Shown one piece after another: positions 55,205-63,595 of a stretch of DNA of 64,000 nt (the first letter of the stretch is position 1; the number at the start of each line of letters is the position of its first letter). A program made the translations under genes and the position numbers. The notes beneath the pieces were generated by a model. It made no database searches. It was not told the origin of the DNA and was given only the letters and a program-made list of their open reading frames with translations. Origin of the DNA: a virus (lineage: Duplodnaviria > Heunggongvirae > Uroviricota > Caudoviricetes); the IMG/VR virus record IMGVR_UViG_3300043395_001986, positions 173,308 through 237,307 of that record; one strand, given 5' to 3'.

Positions 55205-55839
55205 TGAAAAATAAACTTTGGATATTTGGTGATAGTTATTCAACCGGTTGGGTACATCAATTTGATAAAATTGAAAATAATTGGACCAAATTATTAGCAG
55301 ATAAATTAGATTTGGAATTAATTAACACAGCCGAAGCTGGAAATAGCAATTTACAGGTTGGTATACGAATAGTTGAAAATATACCAAACATAAATGAAAA
55401 TGATATAGTAATATATCAAAGTTGTTTTTGGGAAACGGTCAGAGTTATTGAGGCTAATATTATGTATTTTGATAACAATGATTGGCAAGTTAAAGAGGAA
55501 AATGGCGTTGGTTTTAGAGTAAAAAAATCAGAAGAAACCTTATCTAAAAAACCACAAATTATACAAAGTAATTCGGAATTATATATTAAATTTTATACCT
55601 TATTAAAAACAAGAACGAATAATGTATTTTGTTGGTATTTGAACAAAGGAAATTTAAGTCAATACAATGTGGATAATGGAAAGTTTATACTAAATCTGGA
55701 TGGTGGTGATAATTTTTATGAATGGTTGGACGAGCATCCAGAATATTGGACAACAAAGGGTGATAAGCATCTTAATCAAGAAGGACACGAATTGTGGGCA
55801 GAGCATATACATAAAACAATAGTAAATGAGGCGAGGTGA
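55204..55839 (+). CDS. SGNH/GDSL-family hydrolase (paralog 7)
   Basis: Block I LWIFGDSYSTGW, block II NTAEAGNSNLQV, block V KGDKHLNQEGHELWAEHI. Confidence 0.6.
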   Translation: MKNKLWIFGDSYSTGWVHQFDKIENNWTKLLADKLDLELINTAEAGNSNLQVGIRIVENIPNINENDIVIYQSCFWETVRVIEANIMYFDNNDWQVKEENGVGFRVKKSEETLSKKPQIIQSNSELYIKFYTLLKTRTNNVFCWYLNKGNLSQYNVDNGKFILNLDGGDNFYEWLDEHPEYWTTKGDKHLNQEGHELWAEHIHKTIVNEAR

Positions 55840-56023
55840 TTTGATAAATTTTAATAGTAACCTATATCAGGTCAAAAGAATATTTAATCAAAATGCATTG
55901 GGGCAAGAATACCTAAATGAATTGAGAGAATATTATATGTGTGATATAACATTAAAAAGCAACGGTCAGTTATTGTTTTGTGTTTTAATACCTGAAATTG
56001 AATATGAATTATTGGCGAGATAA
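55826..56023 (+). CDS. Hypothetical small protein
   Basis: 65-aa ORF overlapping previous by 14 nt. Confidence 0.3.
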   Translation: MRRGDLINFNSNLYQVKRIFNQNALGQEYLNELREYYMCDITLKSNGQLLFCVLIPEIEYELLAR

Positions 56024-56026
56024 AAA

Positions 56027-56170
56027 GATGCTGGAAAAGCTCAAATTGTATTATGAGGCTAAATTGAATTTAATAAATTCCTTTGATAAACATTTAGAAA
56101 AAAAAGGAAATTTATCTGAAAAACAATTAGAATTAGTAAAAAGAATTTATAAGAATATAAAGGATGAATA
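56027..56170 (+). CDS. Unannotated small ORF (47 aa)
   Basis: MLEKLKLYYEAKLNLINSFDKHLEKKGNLSEKQLELVKRIYKNIKDE; followed by terminator-like hairpin; not in track. Confidence 0.3.
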
Positions 56171-56191
56171 AACCCTTGCACACATATAATA

Positions 56192-56224
56192 AATGGTGTT
56201 CAGAAATGAGCACCATTTTTATTT
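56192..56224 (+). terminator. Terminator-like hairpin
   Basis: AATGGTG-(12 nt)-CACCATT followed by TTTTTATTT. Confidence 0.45.
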
Positions 56225-56245
56225 GGTTAAATGAAAATAAATTAG

Positions 56246-56253
56246 TATATTTG
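56246..56253 (+). promoter_or_regulatory. Bacteroidota-type -7 promoter element TATATTTG
   Basis: 19 nt upstream of ATG 56272. Confidence 0.4.
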
Positions 56254-56271
56254 TAAACAAAACATAATAGT

Positions 56272-56835
56272 ATGAATTACGAAAATTTTAAATCAGGTTT
56301 TAACAAACCAACAATCATTACAGGGCAGCAATATGGTACAAAGATTTCAGTTGAATTAGACCATAGTGACACGGAGTTGGACGAATTAATGGATGCATTT
56401 GAAACATTGGTAATCGGATTGGGCTATCATCCAGATAGTTGGAAACAATGGATTGTAGATAGAGCGGATGAATATAAAAATGATGACAAAGAATTGGAAA
56501 ATAGACCTCATTTTGATTGGGATGAGCAAGCGGCTAATGAGAGAATGGATATTATAGGTCAAAATGGAAATGATGGTACACATTACTTTAAAGATAGTGA
56601 AGGATTTGAATGGGGTGATGAACCAGAAGATGATTATATTGTATCATTGGAACAAGATGAAGATAGATATGCTGCAACTCAAGAAGATGAAGATGAATTT
56701 GATGATTATGGGATGCGTATTCCACCAAATAAAGTTCTCATAGATGCTAAAAAGCAATATGATGAACAAATTAAAAAAGAAAATAAAAAGAAAAAAGATG
56801 ACAACAAAAAGAAAAAAAGAAATACCAAAGGGTAA
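56272..56835 (+). CDS. Acidic protein with Lys-rich C-terminal tail
   Basis: 187 aa; DE-rich body (EDDYIVSLEQDEDRYAATQEDEDEFDDYG) then KKENKKKKDDNKKKKRNTKG. Confidence 0.45.
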   Translation: MNYENFKSGFNKPTIITGQQYGTKISVELDHSDTELDELMDAFETLVIGLGYHPDSWKQWIVDRADEYKNDDKELENRPHFDWDEQAANERMDIIGQNGNDGTHYFKDSEGFEWGDEPEDDYIVSLEQDEDRYAATQEDEDEFDDYGMRIPPNKVLIDAKKQYDEQIKKENKKKKDDNKKKKRNTKG

Positions 56836-57016
56836 ATGGTTTGTGGCAAATAATAAAATGCAAAAGAATGTAGATGTTGTAAATATATTGCCATTTATTA
56901 AAATATGGTACAGCAAAAACTATTTTTTAGAAACGGGTGTGTTTACTCCTGCATGTGGAATAGCAATCAGCTGGTTAAAATGGAATTATTATTTGACAAT
57001 TCAAAAGGGATATTAA
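56798..57016 (+). CDS. Hypothetical small basic protein (start uncertain)
   Basis: Track ORF 56744.. overlaps upstream gene; internal starts at 56798 (MTTKRKK) or 56858 (MQKNVD). Confidence 0.3.
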   Translation: MTTKRKKEIPKGKWFVANNKMQKNVDVVNILPFIKIWYSKNYFLETGVFTPACGIAISWLKWNYYLTIQKGY

Positions 57017-57017
57017 A

Positions 57018-57203
57018 ATGGCTAAAGAGGTTTCTAAAATAGAAAGGCCTCAAAAATTTGAACATAGATTTGAGGATGACGAGTGCATTCAAATATGGAA
57101 ATATGATTTAAAGAAGTTTAGTAGAGGACCTATTTCAGTTGAAACACAATGGAAAGCTAAATATCTAAAAGAATTAGAAGTTAAAAAACGCAGAGGCAGA
57201 TAA
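57018..57203 (+). CDS. Hypothetical small protein
   Basis: 61-aa ORF. Confidence 0.4.
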   Translation: MAKEVSKIERPQKFEHRFEDDECIQIWKYDLKKFSRGPISVETQWKAKYLKELEVKKRRGR

Positions 57204-57856
57204 TGGATTGGACCTGTGAAATATGTGGCAAAGATACATCAAATATTGAATATGATTATTTAGATGGTCATAATCATTTAGCATGCGTTTTAGGAGTATG
57301 GGGTGGTCATAATTCTTTAAACAAAATTAAGAAAATGAAAATCAAAGGTTGGGAAAAAATAAGTGGATATACATACAAAGGTTATTCAATTGTCAATCCA
57401 ATACATAATGCGGATGAAACAAAGTATGAAGCAACTATATTGAATTTAAACTTACCACAAAAACCAAAATGGGAGTTGACAGTATTAACATCCGAACATA
57501 AATTCATAATCGGTGATAGTGCTAAAGTTAATGCATTTCTTGTTATATTAAAAGATGATGAAGGTCGTTCTACAATAAATACAATCCACAAAGATAGAAT
57601 GAAATCTATTTCAATTTTCAGAAACACATTTGAGGAAATGATTGATAAATTATTAGGTATGAGGTTGACATCTGCAACTCAAACTATAAACGCGAATAGT
57701 GCAAATAGTGGAATATTAAATGTAGTGCAGAATAGCGGAACAAAATTAGTATTCGGCCAACCTGGTAATATACACATTGATTTAATTGATACTCTAAAAG
57801 ATTTACAAAAACAAATTGATGAATTAAAACAAAATACACCTTCAAATCCTTTTTAA
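57203..57856 (+). CDS. Hypothetical protein with N-terminal Cys/His cluster
   Basis: MDWTCEICGKDTSNIEYDYLDGHNHLACVLG. Confidence 0.45.
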   Translation: MDWTCEICGKDTSNIEYDYLDGHNHLACVLGVWGGHNSLNKIKKMKIKGWEKISGYTYKGYSIVNPIHNADETKYEATILNLNLPQKPKWELTVLTSEHKFIIGDSAKVNAFLVILKDDEGRSTINTIHKDRMKSISIFRNTFEEMIDKLLGMRLTSATQTINANSANSGILNVVQNSGTKLVFGQPGNIHIDLIDTLKDLQKQIDELKQNTPSNPF

Positions 57857-57857
57857 T

Positions 57858-58067
57858 ATGGGCAAACAAAAAAAGAGTTTAAAAGAGTTAAACAACGAAT
57901 TAGATTATTGGCAGAACTATCAACCTGTAAACAATATGGGTAAGTGGGCTAGACAAGTAAGGGTTGATAGCATAAAAAAGAAAATCGAAAACAAAAAGAA
58001 TAAAATCAAAGATGATGAAGATGATATTGATATGCATATTGATGACCTTACTAACGATACAAAGTAA
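57858..58067 (+). CDS. Hypothetical small protein, Asp-rich C-terminus
   Basis: 69-aa ORF. Confidence 0.4.
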   Translation: MGKQKKSLKELNNELDYWQNYQPVNNMGKWARQVRVDSIKKKIENKKNKIKDDEDDIDMHIDDLTNDTK

Positions 58068-58225
58068 AGCACAATATAACGATACTTCATATCAAAGTAT
58101 TTCATATCAAAAAACATTATTAAAAAAAGGAAGATTTGAATTATATGGTTGGACATCATATGATTTATATTCGCTGGATGAAACTGGATTTGGATTGTTA
58201 ATAACAATAAATAAAAGAAAACGTT

Positions 58226-58471
58226 ATGGAAAGATTAATAGTAAATTTGTTAATAATTGGAATTGGAATTTTAATTCTTTTCGGTATGGAGTTGATGCTG
58301 AAAAAAATAAAAACATTCAATTACAACAAAGATTTGAAGTATCGCCAAAACGATACTCTTTTAGCAAAGTATTTTAGTGAAATGATAACCGACAGAAACG
58401 ATGGATGGATAAAACAGCATTATAGAAATCTTTATACACATAGATTTAATAAATTAAAAAACAAAAAATGA
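58226..58471 (+). CDS. Small membrane-anchored protein (ambiguous with overlapping 58012..58377 frame)
   Basis: N-terminal TM (LIVNLLIIGIGILILFGM); ATGA overlap with next gene fits local packing. Confidence 0.3.
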   Translation: MERLIVNLLIIGIGILILFGMELMLKKIKTFNYNKDLKYRQNDTLLAKYFSEMITDRNDGWIKQHYRNLYTHRFNKLKNKK

Positions 58472-58683
58472 AACACATTTACGATTGTCATGGTAAAACG
58501 CACGATGAAGTTATGGATGAATTAGAAAATTGGATAATCATACATCATAATACTGGTGATATGTGCGAAATAATAGCAGGAAAGTCAACCGAAATGTTAA
58601 AAATATGTATGACAACATTGGAGTTATTGGGCATGCAGTTTGCAATACCATCAAATAATCCAGGTATGATTATATTATTATAA
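58468..58683 (+). CDS. Hypothetical small protein
   Basis: 71-aa ORF. Confidence 0.4.
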   Translation: MKHIYDCHGKTHDEVMDELENWIIIHHNTGDMCEIIAGKSTEMLKICMTTLELLGMQFAIPSNNPGMIILL

Positions 58684-58694
58684 AATAAAAAATT

Positions 58695-59234
58695 ATGTTA
58701 GATAAATTAATAGATTTTTTGGTAAGGTTTTATAAAGATGCCTTACCATTTGTGATTATTGAACAATGGAACGCGGGAGTGCAATTAAGATTTGGAAAAT
58801 ACATAAAGAATTTAAAAGCAGGTATATACATTAAAATACCTTTCTTTGACTCTATTATTGAATGTCCTGTGATTACACAATCAGTTAATTTGCCATCACA
58901 AACACTAACTACACTGGATGAACAAAGTATTGTATTAAAATCAATAATCAGATACCACGTTAAAGATGTGAGAAAATATTTGCTGACAGTAATGCATGCA
59001 AATGATGTCCTAATTGATACAACGCAAGGTATAATTAGGGATGTTGTAGAAATGACAAATTGGCCGGACTTGGTAGATGTAAATTCACAAATAACAAATG
59101 AAGTTAAGGAGTATGTAAAAAAATGGGGAATAGAAGTTGAAGCAGTAACTATAACCGATTTGGGTTTAGTAAAAAGTTTTAGAATATTTGGTGATGAAGC
59201 GCATAAGACAACAATACTACCAACTGATATATAA
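58695..59234 (+). CDS. SPFH/band-7 domain protein (second copy, no C-terminal coiled coil)
   Basis: IIEQWNAGVQLRFGKYIKNLKAGIYIKIPFFDSIIECPVITQSVNLPSQTLTTLDEQSIVLKSIIRYHVKD matches SPFH core (..e.g.v.rfGk....l.pG.h..iPf.d.v...). Confidence 0.55.
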   Translation: MLDKLIDFLVRFYKDALPFVIIEQWNAGVQLRFGKYIKNLKAGIYIKIPFFDSIIECPVITQSVNLPSQTLTTLDEQSIVLKSIIRYHVKDVRKYLLTVMHANDVLIDTTQGIIRDVVEMTNWPDLVDVNSQITNEVKEYVKKWGIEVEAVTITDLGLVKSFRIFGDEAHKTTILPTDI

Positions 59235-59244
59235 ATTTTAAATT

Positions 59245-59418
59245 ATGGAAAATCCAAATAAAGACGAAAAAATATGTTACAATTGTAATAAATTTGAAAA
59301 TAGATGGGTTGTCAATAAAGTACAAATGAATAAGAGTGATGATATATGCCCGATACACAATACTTTATTAGATGCAGATGGACAATGTAAAAAATGTTTA
59401 GAAGAAAATAATAAATAA
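59245..59418 (+). CDS. Unannotated small Cys-rich zinc-finger-like peptide (57 aa)
   Basis: MENPNKDEKICYNCNKFENRWVVNKVQMNKSDDICPIHNTLLDADGQCKKCLEENNK; CxxC...CPxH...CxxC. Confidence 0.35.
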   Translation: MENPNKDEKICYNCNKFENRWVVNKVQMNKSDDICPIHNTLLDADGQCKKCLEENNK

Positions 59419-59422
59419 AGAT

Positions 59423-59635
59423 ATGACTGATTATTATTTAAAACAAATGCTTGAGTTTAACAGAGAAGCTGCGAAATCTATAACTTTCCAAAAAGATTGG
59501 ATATTGAGTTTTGAAAATGTAACTGATTTGGGAGTTGCAGTAAAACAAAAAATGTTACAAAAGTTAATAGAATTGGAGGCAGATAATAAAAGAATTAAAA
59601 ACCAAATAGATGAACAAACCACTAAAAACTCTTGA
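59423..59635 (+). CDS. Hypothetical small protein
   Basis: 70-aa ORF. Confidence 0.4.
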   Translation: MTDYYLKQMLEFNREAAKSITFQKDWILSFENVTDLGVAVKQKMLQKLIELEADNKRIKNQIDEQTTKNS

Positions 59636-59825
59636 TGAGCATAATGCAGAATATTGGCAATATCATAATGCAATATATGATAATAGACCACAAAAAAATG
59701 GAATAGCATGTCCAGAATGTGGAAACGAATTGTGGGACACTAATCCTATGACAACATTGACAAGCATGCCACCACAAAAAAATGTTCATTGTGATTGCGG
59801 ATATACAGGATATAGAATAGCATAA
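59610..59825 (+). CDS. Small zinc-ribbon protein
   Basis: CPECGNELWDTNP...VHCDCG. Confidence 0.4.
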   Translation: MNKPLKTLDEHNAEYWQYHNAIYDNRPQKNGIACPECGNELWDTNPMTTLTSMPPQKNVHCDCGYTGYRIA

Positions 59826-59841
59826 AATTAAATTATAAGTT

Positions 59842-60186
59842 ATGAATATAAAAGATGTACTATTTCCAATCAAACAATCATTTGAAGTATTGGAACATGA
59901 AAACGAATTGAATAGGATAAAACAAAAAGATGCAGAATTGACACAAAGATTAAAAGCAGAAGAGCAATTAGAAAGTGAATATCCAATGAAACGATTTAGT
60001 ATAGAAGTTATATCAGGTGGAGTTATACTACCTTACACAATTGAAGCAAGAGGATTTGATTATAGTGGTAGTGGGACATATTATTTTTATACATACAAAA
60101 TTGGTTCGCATGGATATAAAGAACGAGAAATCATATCACATTTTCCAATTGATAAAACAATAATTAAAAATATTGAAATAATATAA
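59842..60186 (+). CDS. Hypothetical protein
   Basis: 114-aa ORF. Confidence 0.4.
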   Translation: MNIKDVLFPIKQSFEVLEHENELNRIKQKDAELTQRLKAEEQLESEYPMKRFSIEVISGGVILPYTIEARGFDYSGSGTYYFYTYKIGSHGYKEREIISHFPIDKTIIKNIEII

Positions 60187-60187
60187 A

Positions 60188-60409
60188 ATGAAAAACTGGT
60201 TATTAAAAAACGGCGGATTGATTGCGGACATTTGTATAGTAATTGCATTTACTGCTACCGGATTTTTATTAGGTGCGGTATATCAATTGAATGAGGACAT
60301 GAAAGGATTGAAACAATTGGAAATACATACAAAGATAATAGAATACCGAATGGGCAATATAACATTAGGTAGGGACACAATGAATGTAGTAATTGATAAA
60401 TACAAATAG
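60188..60409 (+). CDS. Small single-TM protein
   Basis: LIADICIVIAFTATGFLLGAVY. Confidence 0.4.
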   Translation: MKNWLLKNGGLIADICIVIAFTATGFLLGAVYQLNEDMKGLKQLEIHTKIIEYRMGNITLGRDTMNVVIDKYK

Positions 60410-60633
60410 AAAAAATACAATATGATTAAACTATTAAAAATAACAATTGCATTAGCACTTTGGATTAGCTTAATATTGGTTTACGGAATTGATGAAAAAT
60501 AAAATAAAATGAAAAACAATTTAAACAAATTATTAGAAACTATTGGCGGGTTGGCAGTATTATCATTTGGACTATATGTTTTATATTTTGGATTTCGAAT
60601 GATAGGTTATCTTTTTTATATGTTATTTACAAA

Positions 60634-61116
60634 ATGAATAAGTTTATTTTAATTGCAATATTGGTAGCCATTTTACCTATATTCGCACATTCCCAAACTA
60701 AAAAAGAATTACCAAAACTGGATTCTATTCCATTTATTACACCAGATACCGCATTAAATAATTTTGTGTATCATTGGTTGGGTAAGCCTTATAAGTTGGG
60801 TGGCAAAACTGAAAGGGGTATTGATTGTTCACAATTCAATAAACGATTAGCAAAAGATGTCTATAAAATTGAAATAGAAAATGTATGTTATAGGCAGTGG
60901 GATAGTACGCAAAGAGTTTCAAAAGATAGTTTATTGATTGGTGATTTAGTATTTTTTAGAAGTAGACAATCACCATCGGGTTGGCATTGTGGAACTTATA
61001 TAGGTGAAACAATGTTTGTGCATTCAGCAAACCGATATGAAGGTGTAAAGATTAGTAGTTTATTGGAGCCGAAATATAAACTGGCATATAAAGGAGCCGG
61101 TAGAATTAAAAAATAA
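60634..61116 (+). CDS. Secreted NlpC/P60 (C40) family peptidase
   Basis: Signal MNKFILIAILVAILPIFAHS; catalytic Cys motif GKTERGIDCSQF, catalytic His in SGWHCGTYIGETMFVHSA. Confidence 0.7.
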   Translation: MNKFILIAILVAILPIFAHSQTKKELPKLDSIPFITPDTALNNFVYHWLGKPYKLGGKTERGIDCSQFNKRLAKDVYKIEIENVCYRQWDSTQRVSKDSLLIGDLVFFRSRQSPSGWHCGTYIGETMFVHSANRYEGVKISSLLEPKYKLAYKGAGRIKK

Positions 61117-61123
61117 AATTAAT

Positions 61124-61426
61124 ATGCTAACAATAGAAAATCTTATTCCTAATATCAATAGAGAATTTAGTTGGGAAGGTAATGAGTGGATATTATACGG
61201 AGCAGATAAAACAATAATGGATTATACATTTTGTTTTATACCAATGCAAGCGGGTAGATATGATACACAAAATGTAGTCTATATTAAATTAAATAGATAT
61301 AAAGACAAGGATACAGGATACGCAGTATACAATCCAAATGGTGTCTGCATATATGTTCAAAGTAACGATATGAAATCGTGGATAAAATTCGTAGAATTAA
61401 TTTGTAAAAATAAAATGTTATGCTAA
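61124..61426 (+). CDS. 'MLxIxN' small-protein family member 3
   Basis: MLTIENLIPNI. Confidence 0.45.
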   Translation: MLTIENLIPNINREFSWEGNEWILYGADKTIMDYTFCFIPMQAGRYDTQNVVYIKLNRYKDKDTGYAVYNPNGVCIYVQSNDMKSWIKFVELICKNKMLC

Positions 61427-61683
61427 CAATTAAAAATCCGCATAAGATAATTGGTGAAGATTATAGTGATTGGTTAAAAGTAATTGGTGTAAAAGAACAT
61501 AAAAATCATTATGAATTTACATTGGCAAATAGAGAAATGAGCCAAATAGAAACAATACTTTTACATAGGGAAAAAACCGAGAATGGAATGTACATAATGG
61601 AATACAATAGTAGCACACTTTGGTTAAATCAAAATGAAATTGATGCAATTGGTAAAATTATTATTTGTATGCAAACTATATAA
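61420..61683 (+). CDS. 'MLxIxN' small-protein family member 4
   Basis: MLTIKNPHKIIGEDY; overlaps member 3 by 7 nt. Confidence 0.45.
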   Translation: MLTIKNPHKIIGEDYSDWLKVIGVKEHKNHYEFTLANREMSQIETILLHREKTENGMYIMEYNSSTLWLNQNEIDAIGKIIICMQTI

Positions 61684-61686
61684 GAT

Positions 61687-62010
61687 ATGCTGACAATACA
61701 AAACATACAAAAATTAGAAGGAACGCCCTTACACACTACGAAAGCAAGATGGGTAGTGATGGATATAGAGGAACGAAAGAATGATTATCTTATTAGAGTA
61801 AGATATAATTATGGCCTTATACCTTTTGTAAAACATCCAAAATGGGTAGTGTTTAAAATATTAAGATATAACGAATTTCAAAGTACATTAAACGAATGGC
61901 GAATGTATAATGACCAAAATAGTAACTATGTAACACTAACAAAAGGTTTATTAGATTTGAACATGTTTATTGGTATGTTAGGTGGGCAATTAGAGGATTG
62001 TACTAAATAA
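61687..62010 (+). CDS. 'MLxIxN' small-protein family member 5
   Basis: MLTIQNIQKLEGT. Confidence 0.45.
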   Translation: MLTIQNIQKLEGTPLHTTKARWVVMDIEERKNDYLIRVRYNYGLIPFVKHPKWVVFKILRYNEFQSTLNEWRMYNDQNSNYVTLTKGLLDLNMFIGMLGGQLEDCTK

Positions 62011-62092
62011 TATGTAGTGCGGGGGTTGGGGGTAAGGTCGTTTTTTAGGAAATTTTTTTGATAGTTTCAAATTAATTTCGTATATTTGTATA
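62011..62092 (+). promoter_or_regulatory. Intergenic element: G-run (GCGGGGGTTGGGGGTAAGG) + TTTTTTGATAGT box + TATATTTG -7 element
   Basis: Same G-run/TTTTTTGATAGT pair recurs at 62650-62705; TATATTTG at 62081-62088 sits 5 nt before ATG 62093. Confidence 0.4.
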
Positions 62093-62677
62093 ATGAATAT
62101 AAGCGAAGTTAAAACAGCAATAAAGGTAGCAACTGTCACTAACGATAGCTCAAACCCTAAAAAGTTGTGGAATTTAAAATGGGATGTGACAGATAAAACG
62201 ATATTAAAAGACGAATCGGGTAGAGTATATCTTATTGTAGTGAATGGTGAAATATATAAAATAGGTGCGAGTGTATGCAAGGGCGGTATACAAAAAACAA
62301 TTTCAATATATAGAGACTACGCATTAGTTGGGACACCTTCGATTAGAACATTTGGTATTCATCAATTAATAAAGCAGGAATTGGATAGCGGAAATAATGT
62401 AGAGTTTTATTTAATACAATCACAAAAGATTGATGTACCAATAGCCGGACTGTATGGAATAGAATTGAAACGAAATGTATCGGTGGATTGTAAACAAATT
62501 GAGAATAAGTGTTTAAGTGAATACCATACAAAAGAGGGCAGAGCGCCTAAATGGAATTTTCAGGAAAACCACGAGGTATGGCCTAAATGGATTGCGGAAA
62601 TAGTGAATAAGCAGAGTATTAACCAAACGAATAAAGCAAAGAAGTTAATAAAAGCGAGGGGGTTGGGGGTGAAATAG
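62093..62677 (+). CDS. Hypothetical protein
   Basis: 194-aa ORF; 3' end encodes RGLGVK over the G-run repeat. Confidence 0.45.
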   Translation: MNISEVKTAIKVATVTNDSSNPKKLWNLKWDVTDKTILKDESGRVYLIVVNGEIYKIGASVCKGGIQKTISIYRDYALVGTPSIRTFGIHQLIKQELDSGNNVEFYLIQSQKIDVPIAGLYGIELKRNVSVDCKQIENKCLSEYHTKEGRAPKWNFQENHEVWPKWIAEIVNKQSINQTNKAKKLIKARGLGVK

Positions 62678-62726
62678 AAAACACGTCGTTACCCTAAATT
62701 TTTTGATAGTATAAAAGTAAAATAAA

Positions 62727-63029
62727 ATGATTGAGTCATTAGGTTGGATTAGTACGGCATTAACAATAATAAGTTTCATACCAAAAGGTGAAACAAAGAT
62801 TAGAGCAATCAATGCAGTAGCGTGTATTGCGTGGATAGTATATGGAATAGCCCTATCGCAAGGGCCTATCGTTGCAGTTAATGCCATTGTATTCATACTA
62901 CATACTAAATACTTTATACAAAATCGGGGTGTGAAAATAGACCATAGCTATATAGAGCCGAATAAAAAGAATGAGAGCGTGGATCCAGACTTTATGTATA
63001 AGTGGATTAAAAGAAATAGTGGAAAATAA
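62727..63029 (+). CDS. Small multi-TM membrane protein
   Basis: Three hydrophobic helices in 100 aa. Confidence 0.4.
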   Translation: MIESLGWISTALTIISFIPKGETKIRAINAVACIAWIVYGIALSQGPIVAVNAIVFILHTKYFIQNRGVKIDHSYIEPNKKNESVDPDFMYKWIKRNSGK

Positions 63030-63052
63030 AACTTAAACAATAAAACAATAAT

Positions 63053-63304
63053 ATGAAATTAGAATTTAGCTTTTTGAGCCAGAGCCGCTCATTCATTGGC
63101 TTTGAAATACAAAGGGGTGGGTATATGGCGATGAATGAGGAGTCCGAGCCGGTAGTTAAAAGGACTATTGACCTTAGCATTGGCTTCTTATTTGGATGGA
63201 TGATAGTACAAATAGATTTTGGCGGAAGCTTTAAAGTAAACGACATAGTAGAGTCAATGATTGAGAATATTGATAAAAGAGAAACAATTAACAAACAAAA
63301 ATAA
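63053..63304 (+). CDS. Hypothetical small protein
   Basis: 83-aa ORF. Confidence 0.35.
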   Translation: MKLEFSFLSQSRSFIGFEIQRGGYMAMNEESEPVVKRTIDLSIGFLFGWMIVQIDFGGSFKVNDIVESMIENIDKRETINKQK

Positions 63305-63310
63305 ACAATT

Positions 63311-63571
63311 ATGAAATTAAAAGAGTTAAAAGAATGGATGAGTAAACTACCCGATGAAGCGGGCGAATATGATGTAGTATTGGCAGTAATCGGACAAACA
63401 GACGATAAGCAGTATTGGTATAGAAAGGATGACCCGGTATATGCATTGGATTTGGACAAAGAAAGTGGTGAAGTTCTGATTATGCGATATAGCACGGATA
63501 AAATCAATGCGGATGAATTAGTTGAGGGAGTGAATGAAAGTGAAGGTAGTAACGAAAACGCGGATAGCTAA
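63311..63571 (+). CDS. Hypothetical small acidic protein
   Basis: 86-aa ORF. Confidence 0.4.
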   Translation: MKLKELKEWMSKLPDEAGEYDVVLAVIGQTDDKQYWYRKDDPVYALDLDKESGEVLIMRYSTDKINADELVEGVNESEGSNENADS

Positions 63572-63595
63572 ACAAAAACAAATTCAGCAGATACT

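Noticed and set aside
58012-58377. 121-aa ORF with signal-peptide-like N-terminus MMKMILICILMTLL
   Set aside because: Its hydrophobic N-terminus is encoded by the +1 frame of the GAT-rich (Asp-rich) 3' end of the preceding gene (gatgatgaagatgatattgatatg...), a classic frame artefact. It conflicts with 58226-58471, which fits the ATGA packing. Ambiguous, so neither is called confidently.
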